From NCBI RefSeq assembly GCF_001194135.2, contig NC_068991.1, positions 28,672,671 through 28,723,981 of the forward strand: a DNA stretch of 51,311 bases, read 5' to 3'. How positions within the stretch are numbered: position 1 is the first letter of the stretch; every line of letters starts with the position of its first letter. Shown here piece by piece: positions 37,345-50,761 of the stretch. The stretch comes from Octopus bimaculoides. Its lineage: Eukaryota. The notes beneath the pieces are model-generated. The model made no database searches and was not told where the DNA came from. It was given only the letters and a program-made list of their open reading frames with translations. A program made the position numbers and the translations under genes.

Positions 37345-37350
37345 AATAAA
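37345..37350 (+). terminator. Candidate COQ6 polyadenylation signal
   Basis: AATAAA about 640 nt after the stop codon, just past the 3' UTR degenerate repeat; unverified. Confidence 0.35.
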
Positions 37351-37404
37351 AATCTACAAACAATGTTTTATCCTGATACTTATGTAAAAACCTGGAGTTT
37401 TGCT

Positions 37405-37610
37405 AATTGTGTGAGAATGGATGAGGATAGCTGCGTGAAAAAGTGCCACACCCTAACAGTTGAGGGAACCCGTGGAAGAGGTAGGCCCAGGAAGACCTGG
37501 GCTGAGGTGGTGAGGCAAGACCTTCATACATTGGGCCTCACCGAGGCAATGACTACTGACTGAGACCTTTGGAAATGTGCTGTGCGTGCGAAGACCCGGC
37601 AAGCCAAGTA
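37405..37610 (+). mobile_element. RTE-type LINE 3' end
   Basis: VRMDEDSCVKKCHTLTVEGTRGRGRPRKTWAEVVRQDL...DLWKCAVRAKTRQAK*. Confidence 0.85.
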
Positions 37611-38880
37611 AGATCGTTGCCAGTGCCCCTGGACTGGCTCTTGTGCGGGTGGCACATGAGATGCACCATTTTGAGCGTGGCCGTTGCCAGTACTGCCTGA
37701 CTGGCTCCCGTAGGATTTTCGAGCGAGATCGTTGCCANNNNNNNNNNNNNNNNNNNNNNNNNNNNNNNNNNNNNNNNNNNNNNNNNNNNNNNNNNNNNNN
37801 NNNNNNNNNNNNNNNNNNNNNNNNNNNNNNNNNNNNNNNNNNNNNNNNNNNNNNNNNNNNNNNNNNNNNNNNNNNNNNNNNNNNNNNNNNNNNNNNNNNN
37901 NNNNNNNNNNNNNNNNNNNNNNNNNNNNNNNNNNNNNNNNNNNNNNNNNNNNNNNNNNNNNNNNNNNNNNNNNNNNNNNNNNNNNNNNNNNNNNNNNNNN
38001 NNNNNNNNNNNNNNNNNNNNNNNNNNNNNNNNNNNNNNNNNNNNNNNNNNNNNNNNNNNNNNNNNNNNNNNNNNNNNNNNNNNNNNNNNNNNNNNNNNNN
38101 NNNNNNNNNNNNNNNNNNNNNNNNNNNNNNNNNNNNNNNNNNNNNNNNNNNNNNNNNNNNNNNNNNNNNNNNNNNNNNNNNNNNNNNNNNNNNNNNNNNN
38201 NNNNNNNNNNNNNNNNNNNNNNNNNNNNNNNNNNNNNNNNNNNNNNNNNNNNNNNNNNNNNNNNNNNNNNNNNNNNNNNNNNNNNNNNNNNNNNNNNNNN
38301 NNNNNNNNNNNNNNNNNNNNNNNNNNNNNNNNNNNNNNNNNNNNNNNNNNNNNNNNNNNNNNNNNNNNNNNNNNNNNNNNNNNNNNNNNNNNNNNNNNNN
38401 NNNNNNNNNNNNNNNNNNNNNNNNNNNNNNNNNNNNNNNNNNNNNNNNNNNNNNNNNNNNNNNNNNNNNNNNNNNNNNNNNNNNNNNNNNNNNNNNNNNN
38501 NNNNNNNNNNNNNNNNNNNNNNNNNNNNNNNNNNNNNNNNNNNNNNNNNNNNNNNTATATATATATAAAGAGAGAGAGAGAAACTGACAGACAGAGAAAT
38601 ATAGATATGCTCACATACATCTCTTTTTCTTTTTTCTTTTGTTTTTTTACTTGTTTCAGTCATTAGGTTGTGGCCATGCTGGGGCACCACCTTGAAGGAA
38701 TTTTAGTCAAATGTATCAACCCCAGTACTTATTTTTAAGGCCTGGTACTTATTCTATCAGTTTCTTATGCCAAACCACTAAGTTATAAAGATGTAAACAC
38801 ACCAGCGCCACTTGTCAAGCGGTGGTGAGGGGAACAAACACACACACACGACAGGCTTCTTTCAGTTTCCATCTACTGAT

Positions 38881-39247
38881 GTAGTATGACATGTTTTGTT
38901 CTTTCTGAACAAGGAGAGCATTCAGAGTAGGTGCCAGTTAACACACAAACTGACATCTTCACCTATAGATTGATTAAATTTGCAACAGCTTATTCCAAAT
39001 TCTGTCACCCAAACTTGTTTACTGGAAGCTGTTCAGAGAAATACACAAATCTACTTGTGATATATTCCCTTTCTCTTACTGTGCCATCTGAAATTTCAGC
39101 TAAAATAAAGTTCAGCTCTTTTAGCAATGAATGTCTTCTTGTTCCCATGAAGAAATCAATCTATGAGTGAAGATGCCATTTTGGTGTTAACTGGTACCTA
39201 CTCTGAATGTTCTGTTTGTTCAGAAAGAACAGAACATGCCATACTGC
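38881..39247. mobile_element. MITE-like element with ~95 bp terminal inverted repeats
   Basis: 38881-38975 is a diverged reverse complement of 39154-39247; non-coding ~180 bp interior; TSD unclear. Confidence 0.65.
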
Positions 39248-40649
39248 TATAAAAAAAATTGGGCACTTTCCATAACCGAAGGAGTCATACCCAATGACTG
39301 GTGTAGCAGCACCATAGTCAACAGTAAAAGCAAAATCAAAATCACAATCAGAATCTCAATCAAATGGAAATTTTAGTTGTGGCCAATGTCAGTGCCACCT
39401 GACTGGCTCCCTGTGCCAGTGGAACCTAAAAAGCACCTTCCGAACATGGTCGATGCCAGCTCCCCACCCCACCCCACCCTGACTGGCACNNNNNNNNNNN
39501 NNNNNNNNNNNNNNNNNNNNNNNNNNNNNNNNNNNNNNNNNNNNNNNNNNNNNNNNNNNNNNNNNNNNNNNNNNNNNNNNNNNNNNNNNNNNNNNNNNNN
39601 NNNNNNNNNNNNNNNNNNNNNNNNNNNNNNNNNNNNNNNNNNNNNNNNNNNNNNNNNNNNNNNNNNNNNNNNNNNNNNNNNNNNNNNNNNNNNNNNNNNN
39701 NNNNNNNNNNNNNNNNNNNNNNNNNNNNNNNNNNNNNNNNNNNNNNNNNNNNNNNNNNNNNNNNNNNNNNNNNNNNNNNNNNNNNNNNNNNNNNNNNNNN
39801 NNNNNNNNNNNNNNNNNNNNNNNNNNNNNNNNNNNNNNNNNNNNNNNNNNNNNNNNNNNNNNNNNNNNNNNNNNNNNNNNNNNNNNNNNNNNNNNNNNNN
39901 NNNNNNNNNNNNNNNNNNNNNNNNNNNNNNNNNNNNNNNNNNNNNNNNNNNNNNNNNNNNNNNNNNNNNNNNNNNNNNNNNNNNNNNNNNNNNNNNNNNN
40001 NNNNNNNNNNNNNNNNNNNNNNNNNNNNNNNNNNNNNNNNNNNNNNNNNNNNNNNNNNNNNNNNNNNNNNNNNNNNNNNNNNNNNNNNNNNNNNNNNNNN
40101 NNNNNNNNNNNNNNNNNNNNNNNNNNNGAACTAAATACATTAATGCTTCACTCAAATTCGAGTAGTGTCACCAGTTTCAAGATGGTTTGCAAGAACCTCT
40201 CATCCCAACATTGCAGCAATGTCTTTGAGGATGATGACATTGGTTAAAGGGAGCCATATTATCAAACTTAATATTCTTCAAAATAAGACAAACACATCAA
40301 GGAATGGTCTTGCAGAAGCTACAATCAATATGTGTATGATGAACTAAATACATTAATGCTTCACTCAAAATCGAGTAGTGTCACCAGTTTCAAGATGGTT
40401 TGCAAGAACCTCTCATCCCAACATTGCAGCAATGTCTTTGAATTGTCCTGGTAACTAAATACAGAAAGATTCTCCATCTTTTTCTGTTTAAAACATACTG
40501 TTGTTTGTATGAAAAACTGCATTCAAATATTTTGCCTAGCCTGTGTTCTAGTTTAGTTCTGGCACATGGCTTACATTGTCCAACTTTTTTACATTACATA
40601 TCCTGTAGTCTGGCTGAATATTGAGACACCACTGATAACTTTATAACCA

Positions 40650-40860
40650 GATCCCTCCACTCGTCTCTGTCTTCTGCCTCTCACACTGCATTTATCATCT
40701 TTAGGCTTGTCCACTCATAGGTGTTGTTTCCCCACCTATTTCTCTGCTACCTTTGTATGTTCCCTGAAGGACTGTTTTGGCAATCCGTGATGAGTGGGTG
40801 GCGTGCCCAAATCACCTGAGCTTGTATTTCTTTACAATGGTAAGAGGTTCCTCATAAGGC
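40650..40860 (-). mobile_element. RTE-type LINE 3' fragment (second subfamily)
   Basis: Manual translation PYEEPLTIVKKYKLR*FGHATHSSRIAKTVLQGT resembles RTE RT tails. Confidence 0.65.
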
Positions 40861-41652
40861 ATAAATATTGCCTTTCAGTATTAATACTGCCTCTATAACT
40901 AATAAATATATTTTTGACATCAGTTACAGTTTGAAATTTACAGTGTCTGATGAAGTTGTGTTGAATTGTGACTTAAGCTTCAATACTTTTACCTTGTTTC
41001 ATGATGGCAATTAGAATTTTTAAAACGTATTCTGCTGTTTTATGAACATCTGATCTAGAGTAACTATTGTAATATTGTAATTGATGTAATCTGCATTATG
41101 GCTGAAGGTGAGATAAGGTCAGTAGCTAGAATGGTTCTCTGTTGAAATACAGAAAAAATATTTAGGAATGTAGTTTTCTATTTAGGAATGTAGTTTCACT
41201 CAGTGGGTGCCATCAAAATAGTATGAGCAAAGAAATTTTTCCATTGTTACTGTTGTATTTCACAGAGTTTATTTATTGAAAATTTAGATAATTTGATAAT
41301 TATGTCTCAGAATGCACTGTATTTGAATTTATTGAAATTATTGTTTTCAAATTTTAACTGAATAATTGCTGTAATGAGAAACAATTGCTGAGAATCAAAT
41401 ATATTGTTTTATTAATCTAAAAGTGTTTAACTTTGGTATTCAAAGCATAAGTGTGAAAATTGTCTGCTTTTATTGTAAATAGTTGGCTGCTAGCCTTCAA
41501 CCAAAATAAGGCACATGGACAGGAAGTATGGAGATAGATATTTATAGACACATACACATATTCATATGTATGTTTTGTGTGTGTATATATACATGTGTAT
41601 CCATTTCATTTTTATGTCCATTGTTTTACATGATGGCATGAATTGGATAAGC

Positions 41653-41726
<74 letters not shown>

Positions 41727-41728
<2 letters not shown>

Positions 41729-42060
41729 GTCAGTGGTAAGAGCATCAGGCTCACAATCATGAGGTAGTGAGTTTGATTCCTGGACCAGGCTGTGTGTTGT
41801 GTTCTTGAGCAAGACACTTTATTTCGTGTTGCCCCAGTTCACTCAGCTGTATAAATGAGTTGCGACGTCACAGGTGTCAAGCTGTATCAGCCTTTGCCTT
41901 TCCCTTGGATAACATTGATGGCATGGAAAGGGGAGGTTGGTATGCATGGGCGACTACTGATCTTCTATAAACAACCTTGCCTGGACTTGGACTTGTGCCT
42001 AAGAGGGTAACTTTCTAGGTGCAATCCCAAGGTCATTCATGACGGAAGGGGTTCTTTACT
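41727..42060 (+). mobile_element. tRNA-derived SINE with CORE-like central domain
   Basis: tRNA-like head, then TTGAGCAAGACACTTT...CCAGTTCACTCAGCTGTATAAATGAG. Antisense relatives at 42833-43115 and ~24400-24560. Confidence 0.7.
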
Positions 42061-42105
<45 letters not shown>

Positions 42106-43999
42106 GACTTGACTGTATTTTTAAGAAGTTCACTTCTGAATCATGTGGTTTTGGGGTTCAGTCCCACTGTGCTGTACCTTCTACTATACTATAACCTCCA
42201 AGCAGCTAAACTCTGTCAACAAATCGTCTGTTGGGTTTGCACCTTCAGAGACAGAAATGCATACATACATATGATGGGCTTCCCTATAGCTTATATCTAT
42301 CAGATTTCGCTTTCATGATATTCATTAATCTGAGGCTACAGTAGTTTAGTGTATTTCTTCAGTCCTTATGTTCTGAGTTCAAATTCCACTGAAGTTGACT
42401 TTGCGTTTCATCCCTTTTGGAGTTGGTAAAATAAGTACTATTTGATCACTGGGGTCGATGTAATCAACTGAACCCCTCCCCCAAAATTGCTGGCCCTGTG
42501 CCAAAATTTGAAACCATTATAGTTGTACATCAATCAAATTAGATAAATCCAATAATAGAAAAGTAATGTTTTAGATCAGTCCAAAAATGTTTCTATGATG
42601 AAGTTTTTCAGAAGGATGTTCAAAGCTTTTTCATTGCTCCCCAAAAAATTTAGGAGGTGCCCCTGTACCCCTATTTCTAAGACAATGAGCAAGTTGTATT
42701 TTATTATGAGTTGGTCTAAAATAATGTAATTTATCCTTATTTTTCACTGTCAATGATTTCTTATTCATGGGTTATAATTCATTTCGATCTTCACAATGAT
42801 TAATCAGGAGCCAGATCAATCCTATACATTAAAAAGTCCCTTCAGTCATGAATGACCTTGGGATTGCACCTAAAAAGTTCCCCACCAAGGCACAAGTCTG
42901 AGTAAGGCTGTTTGTAGAAGACCAGCAATCAATCATACATATTAATCTCTCCTCTCCTTGACACAGGGTGATGTTGCAACTAATTTCTATAGCTGAGTGA
43001 ACTGGAGCAACATGAAATAAAGTGCCTTGCTCAAGAATACAACACAGTCCAGTCTGGGAATTGAACTCAGAACCACTCGATTGTAAGCCCAATGCTCTAA
43101 CCAGTGAGCCATGTGCTTCTCATACATACATAACAACTATTTGGTACAGTTCCACAAGTCACTAATCTATAGGACCATGAAAGAGTGCAGATAGAATAGT
43201 TTTACCATCCTCGACTACACTACATAATTTTTTACTGCCTAGCTTCACTCTGTTAGTGGCTGACTATCTTTAAGTGGTTGTGAGACTGCCTTACTAAGTT
43301 AAAACAGATTCTCAATGCAATATTCAGTCGTTGTTTATCAATATATTTAGGCTCATGTTCAGGAGATGTTAGGACACAGTGTAACAAACAAGTGAAGTTG
43401 TACAGCAAATGCATTTTAATCTGAAGTTGTGCAGCAGACAGAGTGAAGCTATATAATAAATGTACTTCAATTTGAAAATGTAAGGTGGTGAGCTGACATA
43501 ATTGTTAGCATGTCGGGCAAAATGCTTAGCAGCATTTTGTCTGTCTTTATGTTCTGTGTTCAAATTAGGCCAAGGTTGACTTTTCATCCTTTCAGTGTCC
43601 ATAAAATAAGTACCAGTTGAATACTGGGGATGTGTAATTGACTTATCCCCTCCCCTGAACTTCCTGGCCTTGTGCCAAAATATTTAAAACCAATATGAAG
43701 ATATGTAACAGAGACAATGTGGAATTATACAGTAGATAGTGATTTTATACGTCGTGTCTACATTAATTAATCTGAAGTTATGTTACAGTGTAGGTGTGCA
43801 GCAGTCACTGTAAAATAGAATATATGACAGTAAAATTATACAGCTGATAGAGTCAGGTTGTGCATGAGATGCAGGAAAGATATGCTACAGAAAATGTTAT
43901 ATTGCGTATAGAATGAAGCAGAGCATTAGACAGTGTAAATTTGATGAGATAATGGAATTTATGTAGAAGACAGAAGGATGCTGTGCAGTAAATAGATAG

Positions 44000-44330
44000 A
44001 AATTTATGCAGCAGATCGTAAACTTATGCATGCAACAGACAGGAAAGTTATGTAGCAGAAAGATAAAAATATGCAACAGATGGAATAAAGTTGTGCATCA
44101 AAGAAGTTAAAGTTATGCAACAGTGTCAAATTGTGCAACAGAGAGAGTGAAGCTATGCAATATGTAGAGAGAAGCTGTGCAGCAGAGTAAAGTGTTGCAG
44201 CAGACATAGCAAAGTTATGCATGAAACAGAGAGAGGGAAGTAATGCAGCAAATGAAATGAAACTGTGCAACAGAGGGATATTATGCAGCAGATTAAAGTT
44301 TTGCAGCAAACATATTTGTTGCTGCAGACA
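44000..44330. repeat. Degenerate minisatellite, core AAGTTRTGCARCAGA
   Basis: More than 12 imperfect repeats at ~18-25 bp spacing. Confidence 0.75.
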
Positions 44331-44486
44331 GTCAATTTTCTGATATACATGTTTCTTATTGTAACAACCCACATTATGGCTTCTTCCTCAGTTCCCTGCC
44401 CCATGATAGGCTGAAAGAAACTGCAAATATCATGGAAGCCCTCCCTGCATTTTTAAGGACTTTGTTTACCTCATATTATAATAATA

Positions 44487-45127
44487 ATCCTTTCTACTAT
44501 AGACACAATTACATCAACTCCAGTGCATAACTGGTACTTATTTTCTCAACCCCAAAAGGATGAAAGGAAAAGTTGACCCTGGTGGAATTTGAACTCAGAA
44601 CATAAAGACAGATGAAATGCCACTAAGCATTTTGCCCGGCATGCTAATGATTCTGCCAGTTTGCCGCCTTCATAATAATAATAATAATCTTTCTAAGGCT
44701 TGAAATTTTGTGGGAAAAGACTAATTGATTACATCAATCCCAGTTTATCACTGGTATTTAATTTATCAACCCCCAAAAGGATGAAAGGCAAAGTTGACCT
44801 TGGCAGAATTTGAACTCAGAACATGCAGACGAAATGCTGCTAAGCATTTTACCCAGCGGGCTAAAGATTCTGCCAGCTTTCCACCTTCACCACCTTCATA
44901 ACAATAATAATAATCCTTTCTACAGTAGGAGCAAGGTCTGAACTTTGGGGGAAGGGATTAAGTCAATTACATCGACCCCAATACATAACTGATACTTATT
45001 TGATAGACCCTGAAAGGATGAAAGGTAAAGACAACCTCAGCGGAATTTGAACTCAGAATGTAGCAGTGGATGAAAAACCACCAAGTATTTTACCCAGCAT
45101 GCTAATGATTCTGCCAGCTCACCGCCT
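44487..45127 (-). mobile_element. Three head-to-tail copies of SINE family C separated by (ATA)n
   Basis: Each ~190-215 bp unit carries GGATGAAAGG..GTTGACC..GAATTTGAACTCAGAA..ATTCTGCCAG. Other copies at ~405, 14315, 27851-28210 (two), 31350, 42355, 43500, 50005. Confidence 0.85.
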
Positions 45128-45164
45128 GATTAATAACAATAATAATAATGATCATTTTTAATCT

Positions 45165-45890
45165 TGATACAATTAAACCTGAATTTGGATATAAATACCT
45201 GGGAATACTTGAGTCAGATGGAATTAAGCGTAATAGTATGAAAGAAAAGACACCAAAAGAGTATCTGCGGTGATTGAGGAAAATATTGAATTCAAAGTTG
45301 AATGTGAGAAACATAATTTCAGCAATAAACTCGCATGCAGTTGCAGTGGTTCAGTATAGTATTGGAATTCTGAAGTGGAGAGAAGATGAACTAAGAGTCG
45401 GTAGGAAGACAAGAAAGCTCCTAACAATGCACGGAGCTCATCATCCACATGCAGACACTGATCACTTATGCATGAAGAGAGAAAATGGAGGAAGGAGACT
45501 GATAAGTGTGAAAAAATGTGAGCATATTGAACTTGGGAACCTGCTAAGGTATCTATCCTACAGTGAGGAAACCTTGCTAGGGGCAGTTAGAGATGAGGGG
45601 AAATTGAAATTAGAGAAAAAGAAATTATCAAAACAAGAACATGAAAAAGCACTATGCAACAAGAGCCTCCACAATCCGTTCCATGTGGCCAAAACTGAAG
45701 TTGGCAGAAAACATAGGTAGGACTGGTTGAAGAAGGGAACACTGAAAAAGGAGACCAGGAGCACAATTCTGGCAGCGCAAGATCATGCTTTGGTCACAAA
45801 TTGGAGGGTCAAACTTAGGAATGAGCAAGTGTCTCCACTGTGCCAAATCTGTAATAGAGTTGACAAAACCATTAGCCATATCATGAATGA
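45165..45890 (+). mobile_element. R4/Dong-like (restriction-like endonuclease class) non-LTR retrotransposon fragment
   Basis: YKYLGILESDGIK...RKILNSKLNVRNIISAINSHAVAVVQYS...RKTRKLLTMHGAHHP...LKKETRSTILAAQDHAL...LCQICNRVDKTISHI (RT thumb plus CCHC knuckle). Confidence 0.8.
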
Positions 45891-46399
45891 ATGGATGTTA
45901 AATGAAAATAATGATGATGTACAGATCATCATCATTGCTTAATATCCATTTTCTATGCAGGCATGGAACTGATGAGCCAGAAGACTGTGCCTAACTCAAA
46001 TTTTTGCTTTGGCATGGTTTCAACAGCTGGATACCCTACCTGACATCAACCACTTTATAGCATGTACCAGGTGATTTTTTTTTGCGTAACATTAGTACAA
46101 TTTGAGTTACCAAGTAATTTGTAAGCTAAAACCCCTCAACTGAGTTGGGGGTATAATATTGAGGGAAGAAGTGAAAATAAAATAGAGGGATAAGAACAGG
46201 TGTCTTGCTGAAGAGGAAATACATGGCTTCTCCAAATGCAAAGGGAGAGAGATGGTGAGAGTATACTTTCAAGGTACAAGGGTGAATAAGAAAAAGGTTT
46301 AAGAAGGTGGATGGGTGGGTAGGTAAGATGGATAGAGATGGGGAATTGAGCTGGATGTGTGTGTATCACCATCAGTAGCAACTTTATCTCATATCTGAG

Positions 46400-47030
46400 A
46401 ATTTACTTCTTTGCTAAATGCTTCCTTTATGGTAATGGTGTTGATGACTCTGTAGGCCCATTCTTGCATAAAAGAGTTGATGGCATTGACTGCATGATAA
46501 TGTTGGTGGAGGACAAGGTTTGATTTTGTCAAGCCTTTCTCTCCTGTCATTTGATTTCTTTGTTTTCTCTTCTAGTGGCTTCAAAGTTTTTGGTTCCAAT
46601 GGTGACAGAACACTTCCACTTGGTACAGGTCTCAGGCTTGTGTTTCAAATGATTTAGGCTCAAATCCTGTGGGTTTCAGTGTTAAGTTGGTGTTTGTATA
46701 TTTGAAGAGAGAAACTCCATAGTCTTTTCCCTAAAGTGAGCTTGCTGAATTAGACTTGACTCTTCAATTATTGCTACATATCCTGACCACTGAAGACAGT
46801 GTTTCCTAATCAGAGATTTGATGTTTTAACAGTTGAACCTTCCAGGACTTTGTTGTTGGAGACATAGTGTTCCCATTTGATGCTCAAGATCACATGAAGC
46901 TTTTGTTGGTGAAAGCGTGCTAATTTTTGAATGTTGTGTCAGTATACGGAGTTCAGGTTTCACAGCATATAGCAAGATTGAAATGAAAACAGCATTATAG
47001 ACCCATAATTTTTGTTGTTAAGTTCAATGC
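46400..47030 (-). mobile_element. LINE 3' fragment with terminal C2H2-like motif
   Basis: LSCSQCHQLFYARMGLQSHQHH, an RTE/BovB-like C-terminus, with degenerate upstream sequence. Confidence 0.65.
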
Positions 47031-50000
47031 AAATAAAATAAATAGTAGACAATGTCAATACAAGAGGGTCAAGGTTCAACAAATATGGTACAAGCTAAAT
47101 GCTTTAATGAAAAGAGAAAGTATCTAATATTTCATATTTGTCCTCCATCAGAAGAAGGGGGAAAACATAAAGGAAGTAAGAAAGAGGAAATATTCAGTAA
47201 GGTAGAAATCATCATCATCATCATTTTAACATCCACTTTTCCAAAGTTGCATTGGTCAGTCACAGTTCACTAAGGCAAACTTTCTACAGCCTGATGCCCT
47301 TCCTGTTATCATCTCTGACTTATTTCCAAGCAAGGTAATATTTCTCCATCATTAGACAGGTTTTCAGAGGATTGAAAACTAACAACATCACTTCTATGGC
47401 AGTCTTGTTTGTTTACAGCCAACACACGAGGTCAGTACAAGGGTACACACACACATATGTATGTGTATACATGATGGGCTTTCAGTGTCTTTCTACTATA
47501 TCCATTCACAAAGCTTTAGTTGGCCAGGGGCTGTAATAAAAGACAACTTGCCCAAGTTAACATGCACCACATGGTTAGAAGGCAGCTTCTAAACCACACA
47601 GCTATGCCTGCACATATTTATCATCATCGTCATCATTATAACCATTTAACGTCCGTTTTCCATGCTGATGTGGGTTGGACTGTTTGCTTGGAGCTGGTAT
47701 GGCTAGAGTCTGCACCAGACCCCATTGTCTGTTTTGGCATGGTTTCTACAGCTGGATGCCCTTCCTAACACCAACCACTCCATGTGTGTGCACATGCATT
47801 CATGTCAATTTATTTGTCTGTGTTTACATGTTTATAACTTTTGTTGTAAATCGGTGAGGGATGTGTACATTGGAAAACTAAGTTCATTGATTTACACAAA
47901 TGCCACTGTGGATTCTTTTGGCCTTCACCTGTTGTCATGCCATCATAGTGTCACATTCCACACCATGCCACCCTTAACAAAATCATAAAGCATGGCTTAG
48001 ACACTGCAGGCTTCTCTTCCCAACTCAAGTCAGCAGGGTTAGACGAAAAGAACAGTAAAAGGCCTGGTGTATGACAATTTATCCGTTCCATGGCGATGTC
48101 ACTTACTGTGACACCTTCTCCAGTGGCAACTTGGTGTATTCAGTTACCAGCCCAGGCTCCATTGCTCATCAGGCTGAGAAAAGCAATCTGTTAAAGTATT
48201 GTTTGCTCTCTGACAGATTTATAGTTTATAGAGCCTCTGGTAGTAGAGACCTCTAGTTTTCTCAGCCCCCCCCCNNNNNNNNNNNNNNNNNNNNCCCCGC
48301 AAATGTGAGTCCTGTGAGTGGCTGCTCCAGCACATCTCCCTCACTTTCCTCTGGAGCAACAACTTTTCCACTTTGTCTGCTGGGACCATGAGGTGGTCTG
48401 AATTACAGGAAATTGAGAGAATATAAGAATTTCGAATAAGTACTAGGCTTGGGAATATGTACTGGAGCTGATTTATTCGACTAAAATTCTTCAAGGCAGT
48501 GTCCCAGCATGGCTGGAGTCTTCTGACTGAAGCAAGTAGAACGATAAAAGATTCCTGGAATAAACAATATGAATATCTACTTTCTCTTATTGTTCAAATA
48601 TGTAAATTTTACATCATAATGTAAGATACAAATGCTTCCGTGACAGAAATTGTTTGATCTACTAATGATGCTACTAATCACTAACTGTTCAACTGGGAAT
48701 ATATAACTAATGATATATTGACTACAAATTGATCCAGTAATTGATCTGTGGGAAATTTATAACCAATCATGCAGTTGTCAACAAATCAGTCTTGTGATTG
48801 ATCCATTGGAAAAATTTAAATTAGCTATTTATGTTTATCTTTTACTAGCTTCAGTCATTAGACTGTAGCCACCCTGGGGCACCACCTTGAATTGACTCCA
48901 GTACATTTTTAAGCTTGACATTTGTTCTGTTGGCCTCTTTTGCAAACCACTAAGTTACCAGGAGGTAAACACACCTACACTGTTTGTCGAGCAGTGGGGG
49001 AGGGGTCGAGAAGACAGACATGGACACAAAGACACACACACACACACATATATTTATATACTATGGGCTTCCTTCAGTTTCCATCTACCAAATCCATTCA
49101 CAAGGTTTTGGTTGGCCCAAGGCTATAGTAGAAAACACTTGCCCTAGGTGCCATGCAGTGGGAATAAAAACTGTTTTGGTATTCTCTTCCTCATACCTAT
49201 TTCTATTCTGCAGGTTTTCTCCTTTTTTCCAACACGGTTAGTCTTCTTCCCCCACCTTTCTCTAACCCTATCCAATTTCTACAATTCCTTCTTCCCCACT
49301 TATCATCCTACAACACTTGTTCTTCATTAAACTCACCCTCTCATCCATTCCCTATTTCTCAGTATCTTTCATTCTTCCATACACTCTTGCAGCTTCTACC
49401 CAGCTACACTTTTGGTTCTTTTAACCCCAGTCACTTCAACTCCCTTTTGTATCTTGAAGGTACACCAAGTTACTACTACTTTTATCTCTTTCCAGTTCCA
49501 CCCCAATTTCTCCTCTAAAATGTGAGTAGCTTGTATTTATTATCATTTATCTTTTACTTGTTTCAGTCATTAGACTGTGGCCATGCTGGGGCACTGCCTT
49601 GAATTGAGCCCAGTACTTTTTTAAGCCTGGTATTTATTCTCTGCAGTAAGAAATCTGTTGTATTCTGGCCCTCACTTTAATCCATCATCTCATAGCATAA
49701 AGCTGCCCACCTCTCTCCTGTAGCTCCAATCAGTCAAAGGAGATCTTAGTCTTGTAGGTTGCTTGGTAACCTCACTAGTGCTGGTGGCATGAAAAAAATA
49801 AGCTGTATACTTTGTAAGTGGTTGGTAATAGAAAGGGCATCCAGCTGCAGAAACCATACCAAAGCAGACAATGGAGCAAGATGTAGTCTTTGAATGCATT
49901 GTATCCTGTCAGATCATTCAATCCATGCCAGCATAGAACATGCACCTTAAACAAGGTTCATACTGTGATCCAACATCCACAAGGTGACTCATATATATTC

Positions 50001-50761
50001 ATGCTTTCAAATTTTGGCACAAGGCCAGCAATTTTGGGGGAGGGTGTAGGTTGATTACATCAACCCCAGTGGTCAATTGGTACTTATTTTATTGACCCTG
50101 AAAGGATGAAAGGTAAAGTCAACCTCAGCAGAATTTGAACTCAGAATATAAAGACGCACAAAATACTGCTATACATTTTGTCCAGTTCGCTGCCTTTGAA
50201 CTGTACATAATGATGTTTGTGCTCAAGGTAAAAACACTGCCCATATCACAAGGAGAAAATAACCTTCTGACACTCTCTACTTGCCCAAATTTGCAGCCAA
50301 ATCTTCCTCAATCCACATCCTACCATCTCAAGAAAAGACATTGGCTAATATAGAGCAAAAATCACTATTTCTGATGAAAAAGAAAATAAATGGGTTGATC
50401 ATGATTGGAATGTCTTTGATTAAAGCACTGTTCAATTATGGCCTTTCTGCATGTATCCAATAAGCCATCTTGCCGATTGGTATTAACGTAGCAATATTCT
50501 TACAATCATTAAACCACTAACTGCCTGTGCTCTCTCTCTCTCTCTAACAACAGACTTTGCATACCCATAAGTTTAATTACACAGAAGCGCCATTAGTAAT
50601 TTACTTTAGTGATTTATTATATATTTTTAAAAGTAAGTTTGGAATTCAGAGTTACTTTACCAAGTATGGTGAAGTATTAGCTTAGTTAAGATTTGAGAAT
50701 AAATTTTAAAAACGTGTCTGGAACTCTCACATACTTAACCAAAATTATTAAAATATTTGTA

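Noticed and set aside
9968-40165. Long ORFs spanning N-runs (e.g. 284, 388, 355, 262 aa)
   Set aside because: Artefacts of X-translated assembly gaps.
44345-44395. Minus-strand CUGAGGA...GAAACAUGUA hammerhead-like words
   Set aside because: Stem III palindrome present but stems I and II do not close; at best a very decayed relic. The same applies to 11512-11545, 20019-20025 and 33673-33690.
48102-48175. Minus-strand AG...GTAAGT exon-like segment of about 67 nt
   Set aside because: Stops in all three frames; no transcript evidence available.
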